A stretch of 64,000 bases of DNA. Source: a virus. Taxonomy: Duplodnaviria; Caudoviricetes. Below are positions 1 to 9,376 of the stretch, in pieces. How positions within the stretch are numbered: the first letter of the stretch is position 1; every line of letters starts with the position of its first letter. The DNA lies in IMG/VR virus record IMGVR_UViG_3300037067_026718, positions 93,673 through 157,672 of that record, one strand, 5' to 3'. Under the pieces are notes generated by a model, which saw only the letters and a program-made list of their open reading frames with translations, ran no database searches and was not told the origin of the DNA. Made by a program: the position numbers and the translations under genes.

Positions 1-865
1 GATGCTGGTAGGAAGCATAGTACTGCCCTGGCTGTCCCAGTACCATTGTATGAAAAGCCTTGTTGACATCGAGAGTCGCACCGGCATATGGCGTTATCTT
101 GACATGATAGGCCCACACGACCATGTCTCTTTCGACCGTAGGCCAGATGATGTCGAGGAAGGAAGCGTTTCTCAATGGGTTTCTGGGATGGGACTCAAGG
201 TTGAATGAACTCAGCAGGACTCCGCCGCCTTCTGCTTCAGGCTGCAGTGCGACCTGCAGATCGGACAAGTCTTGAACTGATACCGACACCGATTCTATGG
301 TCATGTCGCTTTCGGTCAACGAAATGTCGCTGTTCAAGATCAGGCAGACATCGGTCCGATAGTCTTCTTCGATGGTGAATGCAGTCCCGTCAAATGAAAC
401 GCAGTACACCGGGATGGCATCGGGTCCCCGCTCGTATTTCTGGGCTACATCAACCCGAACCGACACTTCTTGCTCAGTGTATGAGTCGCTTTCGTCGGGA
501 TAGCCTGGCATGAAAGTGCCGGCCACGGAGTCAGTGACCACTTTTCTGATGATGACGTAGTGCAGACCTTGAGGAGGTACTGTGATGAGGTGGCTCAACG
601 TTACAAGGGTTTCAGGGCACCAGAAATCGTAATCATCGAACACCACGACTCCCACGTCCGAGAGATCGAATTTCCATATACCGGCTCCAGGAACCTTGTT
701 GATAATGGAGAGATCCAGCTTGGCCTCGGGATCGTAACGAGGGCCTGGGCGGGAGCACAGCATACGCATTCTGCGCTTGAGATTGGTCTCAAACGCTGCG
801 CCTGCTCCTTCGAAGTCATCCTTGAGGCTGCCGACAAGCCCTGTCCGAACGATCCGTTTCTTCAT
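1..865 (-). CDS. Partial CDS running off the window edge; probable baseplate/tail-fibre-associated structural protein
   Basis: ATG at 865 just after the stop of the 868-2115 ORF; frame read by hand (MKKRIVRTGLVGSLKDDF...) stays open to the window end; absent from the ORF track because it has no stop; function from synteny only. Confidence 0.6.
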   Translation of the reverse strand, partial: MKKRIVRTGLVGSLKDDFEGAGAAFETNLKRRMRMLCSRPGPRYDPEAKLDLSIINKVPGAGIWKFDLSDVGVVVFDDYDFWCPETLVTLSHLITVPPQGLHYVIIRKVVTDSVAGTFMPGYPDESDSYTEQEVSVRVDVAQKYERGPDAIPVYCVSFDGTAFTIEEDYRTDVCLILNSDISLTESDMTIESVSVSVQDLSDLQVALQPEAEGGGVLLSSFNLESHPRNPLRNASFLDIIWPTVERDMVVWAYHVKITPYAGATLDVNKAFHTMVLGQPGQYYASYQH

Positions 866-867
866 CG

Positions 868-2115
868 TCAGTCCCTGTACATCCTGTTGGTGATCTGCTC
901 GCTGAACGGAGAAGTGGCGCCGTAGGAGTTCTTGAAGCAGCAGCGATACAAGGTATCTTCGATCGGTGTTGAATTGACCCACACCGGATGCACGACGTCG
1001 GCATGGTCGACAGGATACTCGCCGTCATCAACAGCGGTTGTGATGATCTCGACAGAGAGCTGGTTGAGTAAAATGTCCCCGGGAGTTACATCGCTGGCTT
1101 CAACGATCTTGATCCACCGACCAAGAGTAGGAATGGGGATGGTTTCGTCAAACAAGCCGGCGACATCCAGCTTAATGTAGCCGATGTTCTCCCAGTCTGC
1201 TCCCACCCCGGGCAGAGTTACAGAGTCCTCTCGGCTGACCAGGACTGCCAGAATGCCATCGGCATCGATCATCTCGCCGGTTACGTGAATGCTCCTGATC
1301 GCTCTGACGCCAGTGCTGGAATAGTCAGGGAAGTCGTCTTCTTCTCCTTCTATTGCTCCCGGTACCTGGCCGTTGGCCAAGTCGACCGCCACGTAGCTGC
1401 CGTTCCCCGCGGAAAGGACTACCGGTCCATCGGTCTCGATGTTGGTGAGATCGCCGGCGAGGAATGTGAAATCGCCTTCCTCAGTGCCGAACCAGTCTTC
1501 CGTGGGCTCGGCAATGGCGCCGCCTTTCAAATCTATCTGCCAGGCTGCAGGCTGACCCCATGCTTCGAAGGAAACCGAGACTTCATGAGCGGTAGCCGGA
1601 GTGATGGGGCCCAGAACGATGAACGAGTCTCCGTTCTCGACCCAGCCTTTCTGCTCGCCTGAATCGGCACTACAGGCAATGGGTACTCCGGGATCCGGGC
1701 TGTAGAACGACAGGTAGTACCTGGTCTGGAGAGCTCCGGGGAAAGCGATCGAAGTCTCGAGCTCTACGGTGTAGAAGGTGTCGGAAACCCAGCCCACTCC
1801 GTCGTGAGGAGCAGCAAGCGTGCGCTCAGCGAAATAAACGATATCGTCTCCAGTCGTTACCTGGGAGAAAAAACCGACCTTTATGCTGGCCGCAGCGTCG
1901 GTTACCGTTCCCGTCCTGAATCTGACGTGACTGATGCGACCGCCGGATGAGCTGATGGGATAGGCCGTCATGAAGTAGGTTTTGTCCAGGTCTGTTTCTT
2001 CATCCCGCTCCCGGGCTCCGCAGCCGCAGAAACTGGCCGACCCTTTATTCCTGTAGACGTTGATCCTGTTGTAAGGTTCTGTGAGATCTCTGGTGACTTG
2101 AATGACTTCACCCAT
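868..2115 (-). CDS. Putative baseplate/tail structural protein (acidic, beta-rich)
   Basis: 415 aa ORF tightly packed in the baseplate gene run; function from synteny. Confidence 0.55.
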   Translation of the reverse strand: MGEVIQVTRDLTEPYNRINVYRNKGSASFCGCGARERDEETDLDKTYFMTAYPISSSGGRISHVRFRTGTVTDAAASIKVGFFSQVTTGDDIVYFAERTLAAPHDGVGWVSDTFYTVELETSIAFPGALQTRYYLSFYSPDPGVPIACSADSGEQKGWVENGDSFIVLGPITPATAHEVSVSFEAWGQPAAWQIDLKGGAIAEPTEDWFGTEEGDFTFLAGDLTNIETDGPVVLSAGNGSYVAVDLANGQVPGAIEGEEDDFPDYSSTGVRAIRSIHVTGEMIDADGILAVLVSREDSVTLPGVGADWENIGYIKLDVAGLFDETIPIPTLGRWIKIVEASDVTPGDILLNQLSVEIITTAVDDGEYPVDHADVVHPVWVNSTPIEDTLYRCCFKNSYGATSPFSEQITNRMYRD

Positions 2116-2126
2116 GGCTGGGCCCC

Positions 2127-3497
2127 CTATTCATGAGATGTCTCTATTCTCAAGGCTGCAGGCGCCATGGGCGCCCGGTAAAAACTGGTTTGGATCCTCG
2201 TGCTCGGAATGATCGTCGGGACTCTGCTGAAGATTGTGGCAATTCGGGCTGCAGGCATCGGAGGGAACACAGACAGCCATGTCTCCAGGCTTATCTCGCC
2301 CATCGATGGCATTCTACCGTTGGAAGATTCGAGGCGGACAGCCGGCTGCAATGGAAGCCTGAATGCCGATGTCACTATTTCGGTTTCTGGTATGATGTCC
2401 ATCCACATCACAATGTCGTGATTCGTCCCGAAAGCTCTCATGCGCTCGATAAAGATTGCCGAGGCTGCTGGTTCCAGCAGTTCGTAGTCGTCATTCTTCA
2501 GCCTGACGAAAAACATGTTGCGAGCCTGGTCGAAAGAATACGGTATTCTATCCAGAATGCTGGCATCGATAACGACTGAGAGAACTTCTATGGCATCGGT
2601 CAAAATTTCAAAGTCTTCTATGATATCGCCTGCTGCAACAGGAGTCCATGTACCGGCGACTCGAGTTTGAAAATCTCTTCCGGTGGCATTGTTGATGACC
2701 CTCACTTCGCCATTGCGGAGAGATTCGACTGTAAGCTCGGTGGGCTCAACATTCAAAACCCTGGCCTTGAACGGACAGTAAGGGAAGTGATTGAGTATCG
2801 TAAGACCCATCTCCAGATTGGCGTAAGACGGCCCGTGGTAGTAAATGTAGAACAGGAGCAAGAGGTCGGTGAAGATGTCCCTTTCGTACCAGCCTTCCCA
2901 TCTGGGATTGAAATCGTAACCAACGAAGCTGCCAAACCGCTCCACCATCTCTGTGATGGACTTCATCTTGTAACCGGTAGCCCACATGGTATCGTAGTAG
3001 TCGACATCTGCATTGAAGGTAATGGTGCCTTTGGCATTGTCCACTACTGAAGTGTCGGTAACGAACTGACCGGTATCAGTGTTGCCTGTGAGATTGACTA
3101 CTGGCCTTCTGAGGAAGTCCTGGAGCCTGTTGATGCTCCTGAATCCCGACGGCAGGTAATACTGGTCTGCCACTCCGGTAGGCAGGCAGAGAACGGCTCC
3201 ATCTGGTATTTCCTCGAACTCGGCTGCCTCCCCGAAGAACAGTTGCAGAGGAACAGCGGAGAACCTTACAGACAAATACTTCTTGGACCACATGGTATGG
3301 TCGTATTCCCTGAAATCCGCTTCCTCCAGAAGGGATCTCTTGATGACGTCGTAAGAAGCCCATATGACGTCCAGAAGCTCTTTACCGCTGATCGTCTGAT
3401 AGAAATCAGAAATGGCCCCCCAAATGGGATGGGGCCTGTCGATCATAGTCCCGCGGTGGGCTAAGTAGTCGTTATCGGTAAGAGACAGCCTGGGCAT
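2127..3497 (-). CDS. Putative baseplate wedge subunit (gpI/gp7-like position)
   Basis: 456 aa, directly downstream of the baseplate-J-like pair; 'YYHGPSYANLEMGL' resembles wedge proteins; GGAG SD. Confidence 0.5.
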   Translation of the reverse strand: MPRLSLTDNDYLAHRGTMIDRPHPIWGAISDFYQTISGKELLDVIWASYDVIKRSLLEEADFREYDHTMWSKKYLSVRFSAVPLQLFFGEAAEFEEIPDGAVLCLPTGVADQYYLPSGFRSINRLQDFLRRPVVNLTGNTDTGQFVTDTSVVDNAKGTITFNADVDYYDTMWATGYKMKSITEMVERFGSFVGYDFNPRWEGWYERDIFTDLLLLFYIYYHGPSYANLEMGLTILNHFPYCPFKARVLNVEPTELTVESLRNGEVRVINNATGRDFQTRVAGTWTPVAAGDIIEDFEILTDAIEVLSVVIDASILDRIPYSFDQARNMFFVRLKNDDYELLEPAASAIFIERMRAFGTNHDIVMWMDIIPETEIVTSAFRLPLQPAVRLESSNGRMPSMGEISLETWLSVFPPMPAARIATIFSRVPTIIPSTRIQTSFYRAPMAPAALRIETSHE

Positions 3498-3504
3498 CGT
3501 TCTC

Positions 3505-5250
3505 CTATGTGAACAGAATGTGAACTGTGTCGTCTATCGTGAGGAACTGCTCTATCTCTTCGTAATCCAAGGCAATGGCCCAACCAGATGATTCGTCGGC
3601 TATGATCTCGTCAACGCTTCCGTCCTGGTTGTGACGCAACACTCTGATCTGATTGACAGTTGCGTTTCTGACGCCTTCATTCCCTTGAAGAGCTATCTCA
3701 ATGCTGTTATGGGACAACTCGGCATGGTGCTCTGAATTGATCCAGTTCACCAGAAAGTCTCGGTCTTCATAGGGCATGTTGTCGGAGACTCTCGTGATAT
3801 CCAGGAACGTCTCATACACAGTCATGGATTTGATAAGCAAGTCATAGACTACGTTTTCCCTGGCAAGCTCTTCGGTAACGGACTGAGCCTGAAGTATCGT
3901 AGGGAAAGTGAAGTAGTGGATCCTGACGTTGATCCCGACCGGAGTGAACAAGAAGTAGTTGTTCTCCCTTGTAGAGTTTCTGAGAGCTGACTCAGAAACA
4001 TGGAAGGTCCAGTCTGTCAGTGAGTCAAGGAATACACCCGTTGGCTCCATGCTGCCGTCCAAGACTTCGATGCCCTTGATGAGAGCGACCGGAAGGACAA
4101 GGTCTCCGGTTATCTTGGAGTTTGAAGAATTGAACCACTCCTGAATGTCGATGTTCTCGAGGTCGACATATACTTCTTCGAGACCTGTTTTCTCATGGAT
4201 GTAGGCGTCTCCGTATCCACCGACATGAACCCGGCTGTCACTCCATGATTCCAGCTTCGCTTCGTCTATGATGATTCTGGCATCGTATCCGCTGGCGTAA
4301 TCGCTCATAAGGGTGCTCATTACCATAATGTGCGCAGTGGAGTCGAGATCCGAGTAAACAGTGATGGGAAGGTCGTCAGCCCTCAAGGAACAGTTCTCGA
4401 TTTCGCCGGGGCCGAAGGTGTGTGAGTCCTGCAAAACCCAAGCTCCAGTGATGCAGTTCTTGACGTAGAGGCGTATCCCATACGCCCCGGGATCATTCAA
4501 GCGGTCACCCCATCCATTCACTACGACATTGAACAGGCTTGGAAAACCGGCGGTCTTCATCTTGTAGTAGTTCCCTGAATAGCTGGGATCGATGTTGTGG
4601 AGATGAAGGGCTGTCCATGTGGCTTGATATGATCCGCTTTCGCTGAGGCTTACACCCCAGTATTCGCCGGCGCTCAAAAGGCTGTGGGCTCCATAGGAGA
4701 TGTCGGCAGTTGCCGGCTCGCCTGTTCCGGCTTCCCATATTTTGAACTCGAGGGCCCCGCTGTCCCTGAAAATAAGGGTAAAGTTGTAATTGGTGTTCGG
4801 CAGGATTTCCTTCGTGATCGCAGCCAGATAAGCGTAATCGCCCCATCCGGTGTGCAGTACGTTCTCCAGCACGACATCTTTACGGGCCAAAGAGCTGTCC
4901 ACGACAAAGATATTGGGTTTGCCATCAGCGACACCCTTGGCGGTGGTTGTCATTATAGCTATTCCGGAACCATCGTAATAATGGGAGATCATCGATCCGT
5001 CTTCAACGGCATTGCGATTGGCGGTGATGAAAGCTATGAAAGGGTCTGTCCTGTCATCATTGCTTCGGAAAGTCCCGCTGATGCCTGTGTTATCAAAGGT
5101 CGGCTCGCCTGTCCCCGGGTCTAGTTTACCGGCAAGCCTTCGGATGCAGATGGATGAACGATGTTCTTCTGGCACCGTAGATGGATCAAGAATAACATCG
5201 TCTTCATACCCAGTAACTACGCCGCTTTCGCTAAGGATTTGCTCTGGCAT
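3505..5250 (-). CDS. Baseplate J-like protein, C-terminal part with a large beta-domain insertion
   Basis: 581 aa; contains 'VHVGGYGDAYI', resembling the HxGGxVDVY motif of baseplate J C-terminal regions; own SD-like GGAAGGGA. Confidence 0.5.
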   Translation of the reverse strand: MPEQILSESGVVTGYEDDVILDPSTVPEEHRSSICIRRLAGKLDPGTGEPTFDNTGISGTFRSNDDRTDPFIAFITANRNAVEDGSMISHYYDGSGIAIMTTTAKGVADGKPNIFVVDSSLARKDVVLENVLHTGWGDYAYLAAITKEILPNTNYNFTLIFRDSGALEFKIWEAGTGEPATADISYGAHSLLSAGEYWGVSLSESGSYQATWTALHLHNIDPSYSGNYYKMKTAGFPSLFNVVVNGWGDRLNDPGAYGIRLYVKNCITGAWVLQDSHTFGPGEIENCSLRADDLPITVYSDLDSTAHIMVMSTLMSDYASGYDARIIIDEAKLESWSDSRVHVGGYGDAYIHEKTGLEEVYVDLENIDIQEWFNSSNSKITGDLVLPVALIKGIEVLDGSMEPTGVFLDSLTDWTFHVSESALRNSTRENNYFLFTPVGINVRIHYFTFPTILQAQSVTEELARENVVYDLLIKSMTVYETFLDITRVSDNMPYEDRDFLVNWINSEHHAELSHNSIEIALQGNEGVRNATVNQIRVLRHNQDGSVDEIIADESSGWAIALDYEEIEQFLTIDDTVHILFT

Positions 5251-5261
5251 CGCTTCCCTTC

Positions 5262-6374
5262 CTATACCGGCGCACTGGTTGTGGAGTCGGGTTTGCCCAT
5301 TCTGAGCCCTTGCTGCTCATATACGCTATCATCATACCTTTTCTGTCCAAAAGGAAGACCGCTGTCGGAAACCACCCAGTCCGGAAGCTTGAAGTCGCGC
5401 TTGGTGCTGGGGAAGAAATCAGAGAAAAGACGACTGGAGTAATGGGTGAAGTGTATCTGATCAAGCACGGCTATCTGTCGATACTCGTCTGTGCTTAGTT
5501 CAACAGCTACATTCTCGAGCATTTCAGTGGTTATCTCATCGATGTCGACCTCGGAAGAAAACTTGTAGGCTTCGTTGGGATTTGATGAAATACTGCCGCT
5601 GATCTTGTGTATGAACGTACTTGCGAAGTAAGGGGCGAATCCACCAGGCCCTGTCAGGCCGAAATGGATATCTCTCTCCATGTGGGGGTCTCCCTTGCCT
5701 TCAACATGTACTTCATCGATGCTCGGGAAAAGCCTCATGAGGGTAGTGCGGACGCTGCCTTTGGTGATAAGAAGGTCCCTGGTATTGACGCTCTCGGACA
5801 TCCGGGCGTGGTAAGCCTCGTTGTCTTCATGTATAACTCCGCCGGTTGCCGGAACGATGTTGGTCGTCCTGGTCCACTGAGCGTAAAGCGGATCCTTGAT
5901 GTCCGATATCATTCCTGTATCGACGTTGTACTGGTCGCCCTGCGCTATGGCTTGAACAGTGAACTGGATGTAGTATTCATTGCCGATGCGCTGAGACTGG
6001 ACACGAGATGCGCTGAACTCGTGCTTTTCAGTCGTGGCGAAAATCAGATCCATTCCCACTCTCCACCCGACGGGAATTACGATTCTGGAGGGTGAAGAGA
6101 AATAGATGCGCTGTACGGTACGGGCAAAGCCCCCGGTGTTTCTGGGGAGGAAGACCATGCCTCCTATGGCATCGAGCTGAGTTTCGGACATGTCGTTGTG
6201 AGCCGCTGGATTGGTGGCAGCCGCTATGGCGTCTATGCGCCTGTAGACGTAATCAAGGATCTCGGCAACGGCGTGGATGAACAAGTCGAAGACGCCTGTG
6301 CCCTTTGCATACGCTATCTTGGGCCGATGTTCTTTAAGCCATCCTACAATGAAATTGATGATGTTATTGACCAT
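5262..6374 (-). CDS. Baseplate J-like (gp6/gp47) wedge protein, N-terminal part
   Basis: Typical motifs 'LDAIGGMVFLPRNTGGFA', 'VQAIAQGDQYNV', 'ATGGVIHEDNEAY..R'; follows a gp25-like gene. Confidence 0.75.
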   Translation of the reverse strand: MVNNIINFIVGWLKEHRPKIAYAKGTGVFDLFIHAVAEILDYVYRRIDAIAAATNPAAHNDMSETQLDAIGGMVFLPRNTGGFARTVQRIYFSSPSRIVIPVGWRVGMDLIFATTEKHEFSASRVQSQRIGNEYYIQFTVQAIAQGDQYNVDTGMISDIKDPLYAQWTRTTNIVPATGGVIHEDNEAYHARMSESVNTRDLLITKGSVRTTLMRLFPSIDEVHVEGKGDPHMERDIHFGLTGPGGFAPYFASTFIHKISGSISSNPNEAYKFSSEVDIDEITTEMLENVAVELSTDEYRQIAVLDQIHFTHYSSRLFSDFFPSTKRDFKLPDWVVSDSGLPFGQKRYDDSVYEQQGLRMGKPDSTTSAPV

Positions 6375-6831
6375 TTGCAGCTATCACCTTTCCGGGCGAA
6401 GAAAGAGTGAGGGGCCGCAGCCTTCCTGATACACTCTTCCTTTTCAAAGGTATCAACCAGATCCCTTGTTCTTCCTTGTAAGTTATTGCTTCGTCAGGGC
6501 TGAGTACGAGGTAATCGAGAAGCATGTCATCCGGATAGCCCTGCCCTCTCTGCATCGCCTTTATCTGAGACTCAGCCTGCTTTATAGACAAGGCTATCTC
6601 CGCCCTGACATCGGCGCTTTTGCTGCCTTTGCCGAGGTTCATCAGATTCACGCCGTAGGGGATGATGTTGTCGCTGCCTCTGGTGGTGAACAGTGTTTTA
6701 ACAATGATCTGGTCCAGGACATCCTCTCCGTAGGATGACATGCCCAATGTCTGATGAATACTCATGTCTGCTGTGATGGTGCCGTCGGTATTGATCACCT
6801 TCTGGACAAAGATGATGTCCTTCATCAGCAC
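6364..6831 (-). CDS. Baseplate wedge/sheath initiator, gp25/GPW-like
   Basis: 155 aa; 'LDQIIVKTLFTTRGSD..PYG' gp25-type motif; canonical position before J. Confidence 0.65.
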   Translation of the reverse strand: MLMKDIIFVQKVINTDGTITADMSIHQTLGMSSYGEDVLDQIIVKTLFTTRGSDNIIPYGVNLMNLGKGSKSADVRAEIALSIKQAESQIKAMQRGQGYPDDMLLDYLVLSPDEAITYKEEQGIWLIPLKRKSVSGRLRPLTLSSPGKVIAANGQ

Positions 6832-8678
6832 ACCCTCTCGGCTATTTCCAAAGCTGTATCGATGTTGCCCTGTAACTCATCCAAGCGCTTCTGAAGACCG
6901 GCCAGTGCCTGGAACTGCAGAGCCGGAAGCATGGTTGCCGACCTGGCTCTGGCCAAAGACGCTCCGGCTTCATCCTGATAAAGCTGCTCCACCTGTCTCC
7001 TTATACCCTTCGATTCGCCCGGAGCTATCTCGTCTTCCCCCATGTTGGATAATACTCCGGAAAGGCATTGGGCGACAGTGCTTCCAGCTACTACCGATTC
7101 AATCGTCATCTCGAGAAAGCCAGGGATGAAACCTGACTCCAGCATCTTCAACGGTGCGCTCCATCCGGCGTTTGCAAGCCACGTAATCACGTAATCGTAC
7201 TTTTCGTCTTCATACCCGGAGAACCGGTTCAGCATGTTCTCCATCTGGGCATCCCGATTGGATATGGCATTCACGTCCGTCTTGATCCTGTTGAGCTCGA
7301 ATGCCCACTGGTCATGCCGCAGGAAGAATGAAGAAAGGTCGGCCGTGGTGGCCATCAACCTGGAAAGAATCTGCTGGATCTCCGAAACACTGTAGTTGAC
7401 TTCGGACAAGGATTTCAACCCGTCGTTGGGCGTATGGGGATGAATGATGTACGCCAGGTCGGAGGTAGCCTCCTGGTTGGTCGCGTACGAACTCACTCCG
7501 AAAGGCTGAGGAAGCTGGCCCAGTGTTTTGAGCATCATGAACAAGCCTTGCAGCTCGTTACGCCATGCGGCGGAGTGGATGGGAGCGCTCGATCTGCGGT
7601 TGTTCTCAACGACGTCCCTCATGTCGGCCCTGATGTCACTGATCCTTGTTCCAACGAACCACAGGGTATTGTCGCTCAACAGGACATCGAGAGCCAGACC
7701 GGTGTACTGATTCGACTGCAGGAACTGCAGGGCGCCTTCTGCATGGACGATAAGCTCTTTGTAGTACTGCAGCCTGACTGTCGTTTTCAGAAGGCAGTCA
7801 TACCACTTTTTGAGATCGGTGAGGGTATCGCCCAGTCTGTCTATGGAATCCAGGGTCTGCGACAGCTTGGTACGAAAGAAAGCAGGATCCAACGGGTCGA
7901 AGGCATGGTCTTTCATGAAGCTGGTGAACATGTCGAGAAGGTCACCCACCAGCCCCCGGGGCGCCAGCTTCTGGATGGCCGTCAGGATCCTCCACTGTAC
8001 CATTTCCAATTGGCTGTTGTCCCATCTGCCGTAAGCAGCGTTGGTATGGGCTCTGTAGGTTTCCTGTTCTGCCACCCTCAAGTTGAGATCGGCAGCCACT
8101 ACGGCTTTCACGAATTCTCTCCACCAGTCGGTTTCCGAAAGATCGTTGATGTCACCCTCGAGGGTGGAGAGCAGATTGCGGATATTCCCAAGGATGATGG
8201 TTCTGTTGTGCAGCTCAGTCTGCATCTTGTTCACCAAAGACTGGACTGCAGCGAGAAGAATGGTCTCGGCATAACGGCATACCATGGTTTTCAGCATGAC
8301 CCACATGATGTCGCTGAAAGATTTCCCCTTCGCAGCTTCGGATATCTGGTTTACAGTTCCGGAAGCGAATGAGACAAAATCGTTGATGAGATTCTCGAGG
8401 TAATCCTTGGATTCTCCCGCCCACAAAAGAGGCTGTCTCAGCATGATCTTGCCCAAAGTGATGACACCGTTCAACGCACTTGCCAATGCCTCTTGTATGC
8501 CTGCATACCGAGTGGTGGCTGATGAGTACAGGGAAGCCACGAAACAGCCATAGAAGCAGGCATCACCCGCTACTTTGGTCATCATCTCAGCTACCTTGCG
8601 AAGGTCTCCCCCGACCGGTGGACCGTCGCAAAGCAAAACTGGTTCTTGGCACTCCGTTGAGACAAGTTCCTCAGACAC
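6825..8678 (-). CDS. Hypothetical alpha-helical protein in the baseplate module
   Basis: 617 aa ORF overlapping both neighbours; no recognisable motif. Confidence 0.6.
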   Translation of the reverse strand: MSEELVSTECQEPVLLCDGPPVGGDLRKVAEMMTKVAGDACFYGCFVASLYSSATTRYAGIQEALASALNGVITLGKIMLRQPLLWAGESKDYLENLINDFVSFASGTVNQISEAAKGKSFSDIMWVMLKTMVCRYAETILLAAVQSLVNKMQTELHNRTIILGNIRNLLSTLEGDINDLSETDWWREFVKAVVAADLNLRVAEQETYRAHTNAAYGRWDNSQLEMVQWRILTAIQKLAPRGLVGDLLDMFTSFMKDHAFDPLDPAFFRTKLSQTLDSIDRLGDTLTDLKKWYDCLLKTTVRLQYYKELIVHAEGALQFLQSNQYTGLALDVLLSDNTLWFVGTRISDIRADMRDVVENNRRSSAPIHSAAWRNELQGLFMMLKTLGQLPQPFGVSSYATNQEATSDLAYIIHPHTPNDGLKSLSEVNYSVSEIQQILSRLMATTADLSSFFLRHDQWAFELNRIKTDVNAISNRDAQMENMLNRFSGYEDEKYDYVITWLANAGWSAPLKMLESGFIPGFLEMTIESVVAGSTVAQCLSGVLSNMGEDEIAPGESKGIRRQVEQLYQDEAGASLARARSATMLPALQFQALAGLQKRLDELQGNIDTALEIAERVC

Positions 8679-9375
8679 TCCGCAGCCTCGCGCTCCAGTT
8701 CTTCCGCCATTTGTAAACGTCTTCGATGCTCACATTGAGCTTGGCCGCCACCTCGGCCGGCTTCATCTCTTCTCCGCGGTTCATGGCCAGTACGAACAGA
8801 TCGTACGCCTTGAGTTCCTTGCCACTCAGCTCCGCCCTGTAGTACCGGAGATTGTCCATGTTCCGGGACCGGATGGCTTCATGGACATTGGCTTCGGTCT
8901 CAGCTTCATCTGCTATCGAGCTGATGAGAGTAGTCGGCTGAATGCCCATGTTGACCCGCTCCACCGTGTCTTCATCAATACCGGTTGCCTTCGAAAGCTC
9001 AGTGATGTTCGGATACCGGCCTTTGGCGGTGAAGAAGTCTTCGTTGGCCTTACTGACCTGACCGAACAGAGATGATACTCCTTCGGGGAGATAGGTCGGG
9101 TTCTGCCTGGACGTCACGTATCTCTGCAGCGGGGCGAGGTTGGACATGACATGAGTGCTGATCTTGGCCTTCTCTGGATCGTACTTTTCCATGGCGCTTC
9201 TGGCGAGGATGTACGCTCTTCCCCTGATGTCGGACATAGGTACAGGGTATCCTTTGAAACGGCTGATGTAGCTTCGGATCAATGGATCCAAGGACTCTGC
9301 CAGGGATTCATAGGCTGTTTCGTCGCCGCCCTGCCATTGCTGCCACAAAGCGAGCTGATCTTCGTCTCTGGCCAT
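8671..9375 (-). CDS. RNA polymerase sigma-70 family factor (regions 2-3-4, alternative-sigma-like)
   Basis: 'GDETAYESL', 'AMEKYDPEK..ISTH' (region 2), 'GRYPNITELSKATG' (region 3), 'LSGKELKAY...EVAAKLNVS' (region 4 HTH); start at 9375 chosen for its GAGGAG SD (track starts at 9405). Confidence 0.8.
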   Translation of the reverse strand: MARDEDQLALWQQWQGGDETAYESLAESLDPLIRSYISRFKGYPVPMSDIRGRAYILARSAMEKYDPEKAKISTHVMSNLAPLQRYVTSRQNPTYLPEGVSSLFGQVSKANEDFFTAKGRYPNITELSKATGIDEDTVERVNMGIQPTTLISSIADEAETEANVHEAIRSRNMDNLRYYRAELSGKELKAYDLFVLAMNRGEEMKPAEVAAKLNVSIEDVYKWRKNWSARLRSV

Positions 9376-9376
9376 G

